A stretch of 37,891 nucleotides of DNA from contig NC_068982.1 in the NCBI RefSeq assembly GCF_001194135.2, forward strand, positions 63,620,641-63,658,531. The letters run 5' to 3'. Within the stretch, counting starts at the first letter, position 1. Each line of letters begins with the position of its first letter. The translations under genes were made by a program, and so were the position numbers. The notes below the pieces were generated by a model. It saw nothing but the letters and a program-made list of their open reading frames with translations, did no database searches and was not told where the DNA came from. Shown one piece after another: positions 22,457-35,589 of the stretch. The DNA comes from Octopus bimaculoides (taxonomy: Eukaryota).

Positions 22457-23762
22457 GTATGTATTTGTGTGTGTGTGTGTGGACGTCCATATGCGTATTC
22501 ATGTAATGCAATTTGTAACGCAGTTACTGATGGCCTTATGGTATTCATGTATCGTTAGCATTTAGACCTACTCACAATATATTTTGCGGGTAGTTCGAGT
22601 GTCATTTCTTTATGTTGTTCTACGTACCGATATTTTCACCCCTCTTGTTGATGATATTTCTCGTGTTTCTTTACTCCATACATCATTTAAAATGAATGTG
22701 CCGCCATGTGTCACACGAGTTTCAGTTGTTTCTGTCCTTCTTCCTCTGTTTTCTCTTCACCAGGCTTATAGTTCCATAAATTTTACTTCGTCTCATGTAC
22801 AGGCCTACTGTCAGACTTCTCTGAAAAATCCCTCCTCTCTTACATGTATAATCTAACTTTATTATCTTGAATAAGTACGGGTATTTTACGAGCTGACTGC
22901 AGCTCTCCTTGTTAAAGTTTTTAAAACTCTCGTAGAAAAAGAAATATCGAAATATACATTTTCTCTCTTCAGATCAGGAAGACGAAAGCAAGGCTAAAAA
23001 TTTTCATGAAGTGAAAATAATCCGCAAACAAAACACAGCATTCTAACTTTCAAACTGCAGTCCGGTCACTGGAATGCAATTTCTATACTTTCCTGTATTC
23101 TTCATGCCATCAAGAGATAAATTTCCTCACAAACCCAACCGCATGTCTTTCTGTTTTTCCTCGGTGCTCACCAACTGTCCATACACTGCTGCAAAATTGA
23201 CGACAAACCAAACTCCCTTGTTGGGATCCGTTTTAACTCTGGTTCATATATTGTAGAATCAATCTGTGGGTATGTCTATGATGCACAAGTTTAGCCTACT
23301 TTCTCGCTTTTCCCCTCAGTTTTAGGGACAAAGCATGTGCTTCTACATGTCTATTAATGGAGCAGACGTCATGCTACATACTGACTAGTGGTTCCTTCAA
23401 CTGTTCTTTTAAGAGCAAGTAGAGTTATATTACCTTTTTCAGTACATATTCTCGGACAAAATCCATGGAGAAATGGAGATATCACTATCAGGCTTCTTTC
23501 TGCAACTGGATTCTAATATATTTAGAACGTGCTTGAATTGTAATGCCAGCAAAAGCGTGAACTAGTTTTTCAGGTCTACTTGGCCAGAAAAAAAATTCTA
23601 ACTGGGCCCTACCTGCAAGGTCATATGGTATATATAATGATAAAAGATGACCATGTCACGCACATATGGTTGTGATGTATGTGCCCAGTGTATCCTCATA
23701 TATTGGGCTACGTATATTCGTAACCCAGCCTCATTTTGATGGCATGCGCAGCTCTGTCACTC

Positions 23763-23778
23763 AATAATAATAATAATG

Positions 23779-23845
<67 letters not shown>

Positions 23846-23860
23846 TAATAATAATAATAA
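23763..23860. repeat. (AAT)n microsatellite
   Basis: About 32 units with two GAT interruptions. Confidence 0.98.
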
Positions 23861-26800
23861 TTTTGCCTAGACTCTTGTCGGATCAGAGGAAATATTAACA
23901 AATAGTAAAAAAAAATGAAAATAATAATACCAGTGATGATAATAATAATAATGAAAGGAAGCGGTTGGAATCTCCCCATTTCCTGATCGATAATACACCT
24001 AGTGAAGGTGTCACAATAAAAACACTGGTAATTGCGCAGCCTGATAATCGCTACTTCATATGAGTGACAATGAAAAAAACACAATGTTGTGAATAACAGG
24101 GGTAATTAAACTGAAGCCCTAGATGGTGAAAGTGTTACACCCGGCAGGCTCAGAGATACTGGTCCGACTCCAGCCTGTCGTTATCCAGCAATGGACCAGC
24201 ACACACGGCGTAGATGGAACAAACAAATCAATGCTGAGGTCATATAGTGTTACTACCTGAGCAACCCCTTACACGAAGATGGTGTTCATGTTTGGGAATA
24301 CCAACAACGCATGTATGATCAATGGAGAGAAAGTGGATTGTTTCAACTCACAGAACAGAGATTATGTGATCAAGCTAGAACAATAAGAAAAAATCGTTGA
24401 TTCACAGAATTAGAGTTCGAAGCTATCAAAAAACGGATATTGGAAAACAGCACCATAGGAAACGATGAAAATACAGTTCCTACTGATAAAAGTAATCTCA
24501 TGGCAGAAAGCAGAGGTGAAATCTCTAATAAACCACAGGAAAGGAACAGTGATAGCATGTTCGATGAGAGACATATGGATGGTTTGGAAGAAAATAATAA
24601 AACTAATGGTGACATGACAGATGGGCAAAAGGCGATCTTCGACAGTTTAAAGGCAAGACTACAGGAGAACGATAGCTGCCTTGATCAAGTATTGTTGTAG
24701 CAGAAAATGTGGTTGTTGCTGTCAAGGAAAAGATCCATGGTAAAAAAGAAAAATACAAGCGGGTTTACAGATGCTCTCGAAGGAAATCTCTGTGTTAGAC
24801 CGAAAAGAAAAACGGAAGCTTAAAAGCGAACAAAAATACAGGGCACTGACTAGGAAGTATAATATTGAAAGAAAGGGCCTGAAAGTGGTAATGGAGGAAC
24901 TGAAACAACACTTCGTTGCAAAGAAAGCAAAGATGGCAAGATACGACTGAAGAATGAAGGGTTACCAGCAGAATAGGTTATTCAGAGTAGACTAGAAGAG
25001 ATTCTACAAAGAAATAAATGGAGAGTGTACAAATGAAAAGTTGATACCAGATGATAACATTGAAAGTTAAAGGTTTTGGAGTGATATCTGGAGCAAAGAC
25101 AAGGATCAAAAGAAGGATGCTGAATGGTTGCAAGAACTGAAACAAACAGTAGTCTATCTAAAACAGGTAGAACCATGCATTTCAGTTAGGGAAGTGAAGG
25201 AAATCAGCAAAAGCATGGGCAACTGGAAGGCTCCGGGTTATATGGAGTTCAAGGCTCCTGGATCAAAAGATTTAGTGAATGTCATGCACGAATAGCTGCA
25301 CAACTCAGCAACATGTTAAATGCCGACCAAGTAACACCAGAGTGGTTAACAATGGGTAGGACAGTTCTGTGCTTGAAAAACATAGAAAAGGCAATACGGT
25401 AGACAATTACAGGCCGATATCCTGCTTGCCACTTATGTGAAAATTATTGACTGGAATAGTCGCAGAGTCAATGTACGGGCATCTGGAAAAAATGGAGTCC
25501 TGCCATATGGGCAGAAGGGTTGCAAGTGTAAGTGCAGAGGTACCAAGAATCAACACCTAGCAGATAAAACTGTACTTAGAGACTGCAAGAGGAGGAAAAC
25601 TAACTTAGCCATGTTATGGATCGATTATCGTAAGGCGTACGATATGATCACACATTCCTGGATTATAGAACGTATGAACTTTCATATTGCATCGAATGTT
25701 GAGCGATTACTTGAAAAAAGTATGGCGAAGTGGGGGACGGAACTGATAGCATGTGGAAGAAGTGTAGGAACAATAGAAATCAAGAGAGGCATTTTGTACA
25801 ATGCATGATATAACTAACATTGATTCTGAGGAAAGCAAAGGCTGGGTATGTGTTCAAGAACCGCCCACAAAAAGTCAACCACTTGTTATTCACAGATGAC
25901 CTCAAACTTTATGGTAAAGATGAAGCCCAAGTCAGTTCCCTCGTTGATACAGTGTATACTTTCAATGCTGATATCAGAATGGAGGTCGGACTGAAAACGT
26001 GTGGTGTGTCAGTCTTGAAGAGAGACAAAATCAAATGTATGGACGGGCTAGCGATACTGTCGTGGGGAGGTTATGAAGAAAATTGAAGAGACGGGCTCTA
26101 AGTATTTGGGAATACTGGAAATGGATAAATTGATGGAGAAGGAAATGACAGAAAAATTTAAGGTGGAATACTTGCGCAGACTGAGACTGATCTTTAAGTC
26201 GAAATTAAACAGATGAAATAAAATTGAAGCTGTCAACACATGGACGGTTTCACTCCTTAGATATGGAGCAGGCATAATCGCATGGACAGTAGAGGAACTA
26301 AACAGCTTAAACAGAAAGACAAGGAAATTGCTGATTACATATGGGATATTCCACCCAAAAAGTGAGACAGACATACTGTATGCATCAAGAAAAAGAGGGG
26401 GAAGAGGACTGATCGGATGCGAACACAGCATTAGAGCAGAAAAAAACAGCATAGCATCGTATGTAAAAAATGCCACTGAACCACTATTATAGGAAGTATG
26501 AAGGTCAGACTTGTGTAGGATGGAAGATTGCGAAGATAAAGCACTGTACAAGCACTTGAGAATAAATGAAACTGAAAATAGGTGGATTAAGAAAAGAATG
26601 CATGGACAATTTGATAAAGATGTTGAAGGTAAGACAAATGGAGAAAAAAGAAGGCTATGGATGACTAAAAGTAATTTAAAACCCGAAACGGAGGCTCTAA
26701 TCTGTGCTGCCCAAGATCTAGCACTAAGAACGAATTACATCAAATACAGTATAGACAACACATCAGAAAGTGATAAGTGCAGGACAAAATGGTGAAACCG

Positions 26801-27417
26801 TATGGCAAATTACCAGTCAATGTATGCCACTAGTGCAGAAAGAATATAAGAGATGTCATGACAATATAGCAAATATTGTCCATTGGACACTTTGCAACAA
26901 GTATGGGACTTGACAGAGCAAAAGAGTGATACGAACATAAACCTGAAGGCATCATCGAAAATGATAATGCAAAAGTCTTATGGGATTTTATGATTCAGTG
27001 CGACCATAAAATAGAGAATAGGAAGCCAGACATAGTATTAATTAAGAAAGAAAGCAAACGATGCTGGATAATAGGTATAGTATGCCCAGCTGACAACAAG
27101 GTATGCGATAAGGAAGAAAGAAAGGTCGATAGATATGACAGGTTAGCTTGGGAGGTTATGCAGTTGTGGTCGATGAAAAAGGTGGTAGTAGTACCAATAA
27201 TTGTCGGAGACCTGGGAACAGCGAGTAAAAATATTGAGAAGTACATGGAACAAATAGGGGCTGCAATAAGGGTGGAGCACTTGCAGAAAACATCACTGCT
27301 TGAAACCGCTCGAATACTCCGGATGGTGCTCGAAAAATAAGAGGTGTTACATTAGTTCACTGGTAGTGAACAGTTGGCACCGTAGTACATCTCCAGCGTT
27401 AGAAGCTGTGCAAAGAC
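23861..27417 (+). mobile_element. Near full-length R4/Dong-type (Rex6-like) RLE non-LTR retrotransposon, inactivated
   Basis: N-terminal RRRWNKQINAEVI*CYYLSNP..QRMYDQW..TEQRLCDQARTIRKN (about 24205-24400); RT motifs [44 protein letters not shown] (FTDD 25889-25900); GGRGLI; knuckle KCR..ETVWQITSQC..HDNIA; RLE RKPDIVLI..CPAD..KVDRY..PIIVGDLG..LQKTSLLETARILRMVL (26990-27340); 3' (AAT)n tail. 5' boundary uncertain (23861-23953). Confidence 0.9.
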
Positions 27418-27421
27418 AATA

Positions 27422-27495
<74 letters not shown>

Positions 27496-27531
27496 CAACA
27501 ACAACAACAACAACTACAACAACAGCAACAA
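27418..27531. repeat. (AAT)n(AAC)n tail
   Basis: AAT 27418-27490 then AAC repeats. Confidence 0.97.
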
Positions 27532-28954
27532 CTTACTACAAATAACGAAGAACATTCCAGAATGTAGCTACTTTCAGTTATAATGTGAGTGTGATAGTTT
27601 TATTATGAAATATTACTTTTCATGAATAATTTGAGACAGGGGACAGATACTTATGAATGCGAGATACTAGAATGGATTATATAAAGGACCTTTGATGAAG
27701 TAGAATCATCTGGCATCTGCTGAAGATCAAACTTATTAAATGATCTCAGGAAATAATGGTATCTACCACAAGGCTTGTTTGAATTAATGTTGACTAAGAG
27801 TAGAGAAGGCAGCAAACATAACTATTTGGACTGAGGCTGAAAAGGTTTGCTGTGAATTCGTTGAAAAGTATATCGTCTGTAATTTCATTTCAAGTTAATT
27901 ACGTAATTACATTTCGAATCAATACATGGCCAATAAATTTATTGCCAGCCGAATTCATTGTCGTCAAATATATTGTCATGCATTTCATACTTCGCCCAGT
28001 AAAATACCTCGATAATTATCATTTAAAAGTTTTATTCATAGATTAAATATGTTGTGTTTCACCGATGAAGCGAAACAAATTCAAAGACAACTGATGTTAT
28101 TCTACGACCTGGAGACTGTTGAAATGTTGTAAAAAGAATATTAGAAAATACCAACACTAGGGTTGAAATTCCAATAACAAAATGAGATATCGGCATTGCA
28201 CTGTAAAAATATCAAAATCTAAACTTCTGGATTGCTTGAGAGGCATTCTTCTTATTTGTTTAGAATATTCCTTCCTTTTTCCAACTGAAAATATTCTGAT
28301 CAATTCCACTGAATATTTTAAGATTTTATTTTTGAAAGGTAACTTGGATTTCTTTTTCTATCCTTCTATCATTTCTATCTAACTATACACAAATATAGAG
28401 AAAGAAAAATAGAGATAGAGGGGGAGGAAGTGAATGTGATATGTGATGTATTTATACTGTGAATTAAAGCTTGAAATTATATTTAGTTACTTTAAATAAT
28501 TTTTTCTCTGGATAGAAGTCACGTCGGTAAATTTACTGACAGTGTATTTGGTATGACACGGAATTTAGAGGCGAAGTTTTTGACTTGGAATAATATTAAC
28601 TTCCGATGAAGTTACCAAGCGAAGAAGTCAATAGGTTATGAAATAGCAGGTAGTAAATTCACCATAATGTAAATACATGCCCAGCATTTTCAGAAGCCTA
28701 CTGCAAAATGCTATGCAACTAGGATTATAAACACTACAATCATAAAGTAAATTCCAGCCATCATTGGAAAGCTTGCTACAGATTTGTGTAACAGGTTTTT
28801 GCAAATTGGCACAAAAATTTGCAAAAAAATCAACTAAATAAAAATATTATAAACATTCACTGTCGAAACAGATTAGAATCATAACACAAAATAATAGAAA
28901 CCTAGGAGAATTTGATAAAATTTGCCATATTTAGTTACAGTTGCGTTTCTGTAA

Positions 28955-29060
28955 AGTCAGAATCCAAATCTCGCCTTGTACGAATCAACCACTCACTCCT
29001 CTCACGACGATAAAACAACAAATGTTTGTTAAGTACTGGAATTGATTTAATCGACTGCAC
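28955..29060 (+). mobile_element. Highly degraded SINE remnant
   Basis: TAAGTACTGGAATTGATTTAATCGACT resembles the TAAGTACTGGGGTCGATTT segment of the SINE at 2335. Confidence 0.45.
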
Positions 29061-29735
29061 CGAGATCCAAGGGAGAGTCAGAAATAACTTCACGGGGGGA
29101 AAATGTTTCGAGAATTGAAGCTAGTCAAAGTGAAATTAGGGTACAGCCCTCAAAATGTTGTATAAAGAAAATTAACATATCAATAACAGTTGGGTACAAC
29201 TAATATTACTACATATGTTGCTCTTTTCTCACTGAAAAATTGATAACGGATAGAAAAAAAATAGCATTTCATTTTCTTTTCTCAATAATCAATACATAAA
29301 ATGTGTTTATAATAAAGTACAAATAAATAATAACAAGGTAACAGAAAAGAAACTTTAATTGGCAAAAATTACGAAATTAAATGTTACAAAAGCAGGATGA
29401 CAAAAGAGCGGTGTTCCAGTATGAAATGGATCAATTAAATGCATAAAAATTTATATCCACACCACATACTGAGCTTAATCAAGACCATTCGACACTTTGG
29501 AACGGTTTTCTGGGTGAATCTGTCATTAACGCTCTCACACTGCTTTACTAACATTTTTGGAGTGTTTACTCATTTAACTGTCAGTCTCTTCTTCGAAATT
29601 CTTGCTTTGATTATTTCATAAATTTAAATAGTCATATTTGTACCATTTCTGGGAATTAAAAGCGAAAATGAGAATACATTAGAACCCGGTTCCAGTTATC
29701 AGTCAATCCATTCCCCTCTTTATCTCTGTTACTCA

Positions 29736-29740
<5 letters not shown>

Positions 29741-29827
<87 letters not shown>

Positions 29828-29839
29828 TCCCCTCTCTCA
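29741..29839. repeat. (CT)n microsatellite followed by TA/TG-rich repeats
   Basis: Seen directly. Confidence 0.95.
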
Positions 29840-31159
29840 TATAGACACATACAAACACACGCTTATATATATATATTCACATACACATACTCAAATAAAT
29901 ATACGTACTCATATGTGTGTAGATATATATATATATATATTAATATACTCCCATATATACAAATGCAGATACACACATATGTATCTGTGCTTGTGTGTGT
30001 TTGTGTGTACATGGTGTGAGTGTGTACATTTGTGTGAGTGTGTGGTGGGTGGGGTGTGTGCGTGTGTACGTTTGCATACTAAAGACACGAAAAAAATGTT
30101 CGTAAGTCTGTTAAGGTTTCAGGATTACGACCCTGTCTTCTGAATGAAATTATGCTAATGGCGGGTATTTTTGTTTTTAATTTTTTCTTTTTTTTTTCGT
30201 ATTAGGTTTTGACAACAGAGCTCATGGGAATTTTGTTGAAATCAATAAATTCATTATCCACAAATTCAAAATTGTTAAACAATTTGCCCCTCGTTATTTT
30301 CGTGGTTTATTTCACACGTATCTGATTTGTATTTTAGTTGGCTGTTAGAATGCACTCGAAGAACATCACATGAAACCACAAACGTAAAGACCACAATCTA
30401 TATTAGACTATCGGTTCCAGTGTAGACATGAATGTTGTAAACTTCATGATTCAAATTGTTACAATGGACCCAATATTATATTACTCTGATGGCGTTTGAT
30501 CATGCATTTACAACAACGAATCAGAAAACTGGAAATAATGTAATCGTGAAACAATTTTCATACAGGCTATGATGACATTATCAGATATAGATTCCACATG
30601 GTATTTGCAACTAAATGCAACACGGTAACAAATCGCCAGTAACATCAATGCATTCACGTGATAAGACTGAGATCATTATCGTTTCAAACTAAACATAAGA
30701 ACAGATAAGAGAGTACAAAAATCCTTAATACAACTGTTCGATATTCAGTTCAGTTTGTGAAGTTGAGAAAGCTGCAGGTATTTTGTTTTATATAGCAGTA
30801 CAAATGCAATCCAAGATTAGGCCTGAAGCTCGAGAACAAGTACAAATGATCAGGGTAAGTTAAACTATACAAAAACAAAAATAAAGAAATTAATTTAGAG
30901 GGGAATTCGTTTTAGATTTCGAGCAATAGAAATGAATAAAACTAAAAGGTGTTTTGCAACAGGCTGTATGTTTAGTTATATTTCACCACTCGTCGAGTAG
31001 AACTATGATTGAAAGTATTCTAATCAGAGCCACTTCTCCGAGTTCAGACAGTGGATTACATTAACCAACGTATGCTTGTAGGTTGGTGGAATGTAGTCTG
31101 TGAAACATTTCCTTGTTGTTTCTGTCAGGGCGAGTGACCACGGTTGTAAGTTGTTGGCA

Positions 31160-31285
31160 CTTTTTTGATTATCTGCATAAATGTCATTGCAAGTGCCATC
31201 ATATGTTGTAGAAGGAAAATTTTGCAGATGATTCTAACCTCTAGAAAATCATCGAAGGATAGGTGACCGGACCGTATTCCAAGAA
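31160..31285 (+). mobile_element. Short CR1-type RT remnant
   Basis: LFLII..IFADDSNL*KII (TTTGCAGATGAT 31221-31232). The nucleotide sequence parallels the FADD region of the CR1 copy at 36880-36960 (GGTGACCGG is shared). Confidence 0.6.
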
Positions 31286-32699
31286 GTAAAGAAACTAAAG
31301 CTATAGAGTGAGACGATGGTTATCATGACAATCATCGTCATTATTTTCGTTAGTCTTAATATCTTCATCATTATCATCATCCTCATCCTTATTACAACCT
31401 CATCACCATAATGACGATCTCCTTTACCGTTACTAGAATTAATTCAGCCATCATGATAATGCTGGTGATAGTCGAAATGGCAAATGAGATAGATATGTCA
31501 ACGAAATATTGTTATGGCTGTCGTTGAGACAATAAACATTTTAGGTTGATGTGTTATTAAACATCCACTGGCATCAATCTGTTCAGTAAAACACTGTCAA
31601 ATCCCCAAATTTTATTACTGATCTAGTAACAGTGCAATTAAAAATATATTAAGTTTATGAGAACAAATATTAGAGATACCTAGCTAGATATAGCAATTAA
31701 GTTTCCTGAAAATCTTTTTTTTTTTCACAACAGAAATACTTTTGATCAGAGTCTTGCTTATCTTGTTTAGTTTTTGTCGTTCAGAGGCTGAATGAAAAAA
31801 AATAACTAATGTTATCATAACTTGCTATTATTATCATGTCTATGTAGAAGCTATCCGTGGAAAGTAAGGACTAAACAACACAAACAGGTAAAAATGATAA
31901 GTAAAAAAAAAAAACAGGACGGTCGCAGTTAGAATGTTAATCAAACGATCATTCTCAACGCAAATATATCTCTCAGTATGTGCGTATTCTATCAGAGAAC
32001 GACAGTACTAAAAAATACACATTAGGCGGACTCTATGTTTCCTACAAAGTCTACAAAATATTTACATAAATACTAACAAAGAGCATGATTTATAAATATC
32101 CCTGAAATATACACAACTCTACTAGATATAATAATGTTATTAATATTATAAACATTAATGATACAAATAGTAAATAACCTTGCTATTTCCTTTCCCAACA
32201 ACACAGTTGCAAAATATATTTTTAAACAAAATCTTTACACACATAAAAAGATACTTGTAAACACGATAAATAATATTTCAAATTTCTCCAGTACAACTTA
32301 AATGGCAGTAAAAATCTTTTTTATGTGAAGCACATTAGTATAATACACGTGCGCACACAAATACACAAATACACAAACATACGTGGTATACATATAATGT
32401 ATGTGTGTATACACACTGAAATTTATTATGAGATAAACCCATATCTTTTAGTCGTCAGTGCATTTATAAACTGATCAGATTTATAAGATACAGTGGTGAG
32501 TCATATGCATACAACTTCATTCTAGATAGTGAAGGAGGGATAGACTCCTCATAGAAACCAAATACATATATTTGAACCTACACACAATCGAAATAGCTCC
32601 CAACACCAAACAACCAAATGGGAGGAAGTAAAAAAGCATTATAGACAACAGAGAAACAAGCAAAAGTTTGTATCCAGCATAAACGGCAATACCAACAGT

Positions 32700-32960
32700 A
32701 CGAACATTGAAAGTAGGTTAAGTCTTCCATTGATTTTTGTCCTTAGGGGACTGGTCCACCTACAGATGTCAATCACTAATTTCTTCGTGTTAAGCGTAGC
32801 CACATCCTTTTACCTGAGCTTGGATTTTTCCTAATTTGTACCTCCAGAATATTATGACGGGAGGAGTTTCCTTACCAACGGAAGTTCATCCATTCTTTCG
32901 ATACGGTCGAGATAGAGATCCCGTTGTGCCAATATCATTTTTGAGCTAAGGATCTTCACC
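32700..32960 (-). mobile_element. RTE-clade LINE 3' remnant
   Basis: MILAQRDLYLDRIERMDELPLVRKLL..SKLR*KDVATLNTKKLVIDICRW resembles the RTE C-terminal pattern RRLRW.GH..RM.D.R.P....G.P.LR.KD......ID...W. Confidence 0.55.
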
Positions 32961-33242
32961 TTCACAAGAATGAGAGTGTTTCACAACTTGATTTCTGTCA
33001 TATTCATATCTCAGTTTTCTCATTTTCAATGCATGAAAAATTATAACATTGTTTGTGGTATGTTGCACATGTTTCCGATGCATGTAATGAATGCAGATAA
33101 GAGCAGAGGAACAGCAACTGATGTAATCTGACTCAAAAGTTCAACTGTGCCGCTTCTATATTGGAGGCGAAATCTTCGGGTAAACACTGCAATATGATGC
33201 GCAGACTGCATATTGGAAATTGCATTTTGGTCCTCAGTTATT

Positions 33243-33362
33243 CAAGATGCGAAAGCGCCTATGACTGGTTGATATTTGCAGAAAATTTATTCTGAAGATA
33301 CAAATATGAAAATCTGAAGATCATACTGTAGCAAAACCTTAAGAGATGAGTGAACCGAGAGT
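33243..33362. repeat. Unclassified ~120 bp direct repeat, copy 1
   Basis: Homologous to 35934-36053, with shared blocks AAATCTGAAGATCA and TGTAGCAAAACCTTAAGAGATGAGT. Confidence 0.85.
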
Positions 33363-34934
33363 TTAGTTCAATGCTTCTAATAGAGTGAAATCAGTTAAAG
33401 TTTCCAGAGTGCCACATGGTGTTAAAGCCAAATAGTGTGTTTTGTAGGAAACTAGGTTGATGCATTATTATATTATTACTCAATTAGAGAGCTTCATGAA
33501 AACAAAAGTGTACACACTTATGCACACACACTTATACATACATATGCAATCAGCTTCATTATCATGCAGCTGTTTCTACTGTAAGATGCAGTGGATGCAG
33601 AGTTGAGTGCTTGTGCATCGATCGGCATGCCGAAGGACAGTTCTATCAGGGATAAACCTGGGCAAAACTACAGCAATAATAACAAGCAATAAACCAATGA
33701 GTGAGCCTCACTGTGGCCGATCGTACAGCTAGAAATAGTAGCAAATCTTCTTCAGTTACTTCTGATTAACCATAATTTCCCTACCAAAATATAGCCAATC
33801 ACAAAAACAAGAATGACTCTGCCATTGTCATGTTTGTTTGCTTGGTGGAGTGCAGCGATGTCCGTTGTGGGAAATCAAAAACTACTAAAACTATGAAATC
33901 CAAATGCTGTGTAAATGATCACTAATCAAAACATTAGTTCTCTTTCAAATTATATGTAACTCAGTTTTATTCAATACAATTACGGGGACACTTGCGGGTT
34001 ATAAGAAACACTAAATAGCTAATACGAAAGACTAGGTGTCATAAAAACATATTTAAACTAAGAGCTCGGGAGCAACAGGACTTTTGTTTGTTTAGTTTAT
34101 CACATAATATTGAATATAACTGTAGGAGTAGTAAATCATTCAAATAAAAATTATTTCAAATAGGAAATAGAAGTAGCACTAGTGTAATAAACATCGTCGA
34201 CCACATACGGTACACTGCATGTGTATTTCCCAGTAGGCTGGTTTTTCGGTGAGGTGGATATTACTCGCGCACAAATCAGAACCTACCGGCAAATATAAAA
34301 GTCGTGTACGTTAAGTATATACGGTCGATAATGTTAAAAATTATTTAAACAAAAGCATTCCCTTATATTTTCATTCCATACATTCTTATTAAAGTAATGT
34401 GAAGTATTTTCTCTAGCATCGTCATGGAATGATAGGCCGGTGAGCATTGAACACGGCTCTACATGAGATAATGAAATTAAGAAAATTATAGTAATCGGAA
34501 ATTAATGTTGTTTATTTGTTTTGTTTCGTTTTGTTATGTTATGTTTTTTTCACATTCCCAGACTAAGATGCGCAAGCTAAAATGTAATTTTCAATGGTCA
34601 GCAAATTAAAAGAAATATTCCTTGCTATTGTTAATAATTGATAACAACAAATAATCAATAATTGCTAGACTTCAGAAATTCAATGAAACAAGTTTGCATT
34701 CCATTATGTCTCCAACCAATTCTAAACATGTTCGTTAAAAACAAATAATTAATTCATATTTGTTTAGAAATCCAGCTTCCTGGAATACTTTCAGAACATA
34801 TTAAATAAGAGAATAGTTTTTTTGTAGTCTGCCGGAAAACGAATAGTCAAAAAATTTAGAAAATGCCATTGTTTCCGTTAGGTGTGAAGAAGGTAAAAGC
34901 CAACTAAAACTCCCTCAACATTTCTGGTATTTAA

Positions 34935-35047
34935 GGCGGCGAGCTGACAGAGTCGCTAGTACGCCGAGCAAAATACTCAGCGGCATTTCGTCCGTCTTTA
35001 CCACCTGAGTTCAAATTCCACCGAGGTCGAGTTTATATTTCATCCTT
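34935..35047 (+). mobile_element. Octopus tRNA-derived SINE, 5' part
   Basis: AAGGCGGCGAGCTGACAGAGTCGCTAGTACGCCG..GCGGCATTTCGTCCGTC..TGAGTTCAAATTCCACCGAGGTCGA, with A-box-like and B-box (GAGTTCAAATTCC) motifs. Confidence 0.75.
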
Positions 35048-35589
35048 GTACCAAAATTTGAAACCAATATTTTGGTCCTTGTTTCCTATTCTGCTGACTA
35101 AGAGTTTTCCTTTCCTGATTTAATATCTGGTCAATAAAGTAGATCTCTAACATACATAGAGATATCGCTCTCGTGTCAGTATAAGTATTAGGCATTTTTG
35201 AAACACCCTAGGGCTGTGGATGACAGGGTCAGTAAATCTGTAACGGTTCCTACCAGGTTCAATAAAATAAGTACTATGACCAAGTTAATCCTCTCTTCAA
35301 TCTCCTCTAATCTGTGCTTTCGCACCAATGTTTGAAATCCTTTGCCACTTATTTCATCGACAATCTGCATTTGAACCTGAAATATTAGAGAACTAGATCT
35401 TTATTTTCTTCGGCGACTCCGTTACTGTAGAAGGGGTATGTTACTAAAATGAAAAGAAACAAAGATGAATATAAAGTATGTGCCGACGCACTATCAGAGA
35501 TAACAGATCGATTTCGTCCTCAAAGTAAAAAGCAAGTTTATCATTCTAAAGTGAATGTGTGTATGCAAATGACTTTATATCTGTTGAGT

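Noticed and set aside
21337-22548. 403-aa and 367-aa ORFs, and similar ORFs across other gaps (5280-5846, 7487-8057, 16810-17275)
   Set aside because: Artefacts of N runs and microsatellites (X, THTH, VCVC, YLSI, IYIY).
28660-28834. Candidate - exon (DFFANFCANLQKPV..NDGWNLLYDCS..LHY)
   Set aside because: Open frames of this length are common here and there is no recognisable homology.
30754-30854. Candidate + exon ending CAGG|GTAAGT (VCEVEKAAGILFYIAVQMQSKIRPEAREQVQMIR)
   Set aside because: Strong donor but weak acceptor, no recognisable protein and no partner exons; compatible with chance.
31315-31470. ATC-rich stretch as low-complexity coding sequence
   Set aside because: A decayed (ATC)n microsatellite.
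33291-33350. CTGAAGA..GAAA within the 120-bp repeat as a hammerhead
   Set aside because: No valid NUH site or stem I, and the core is not conserved in copy 2.
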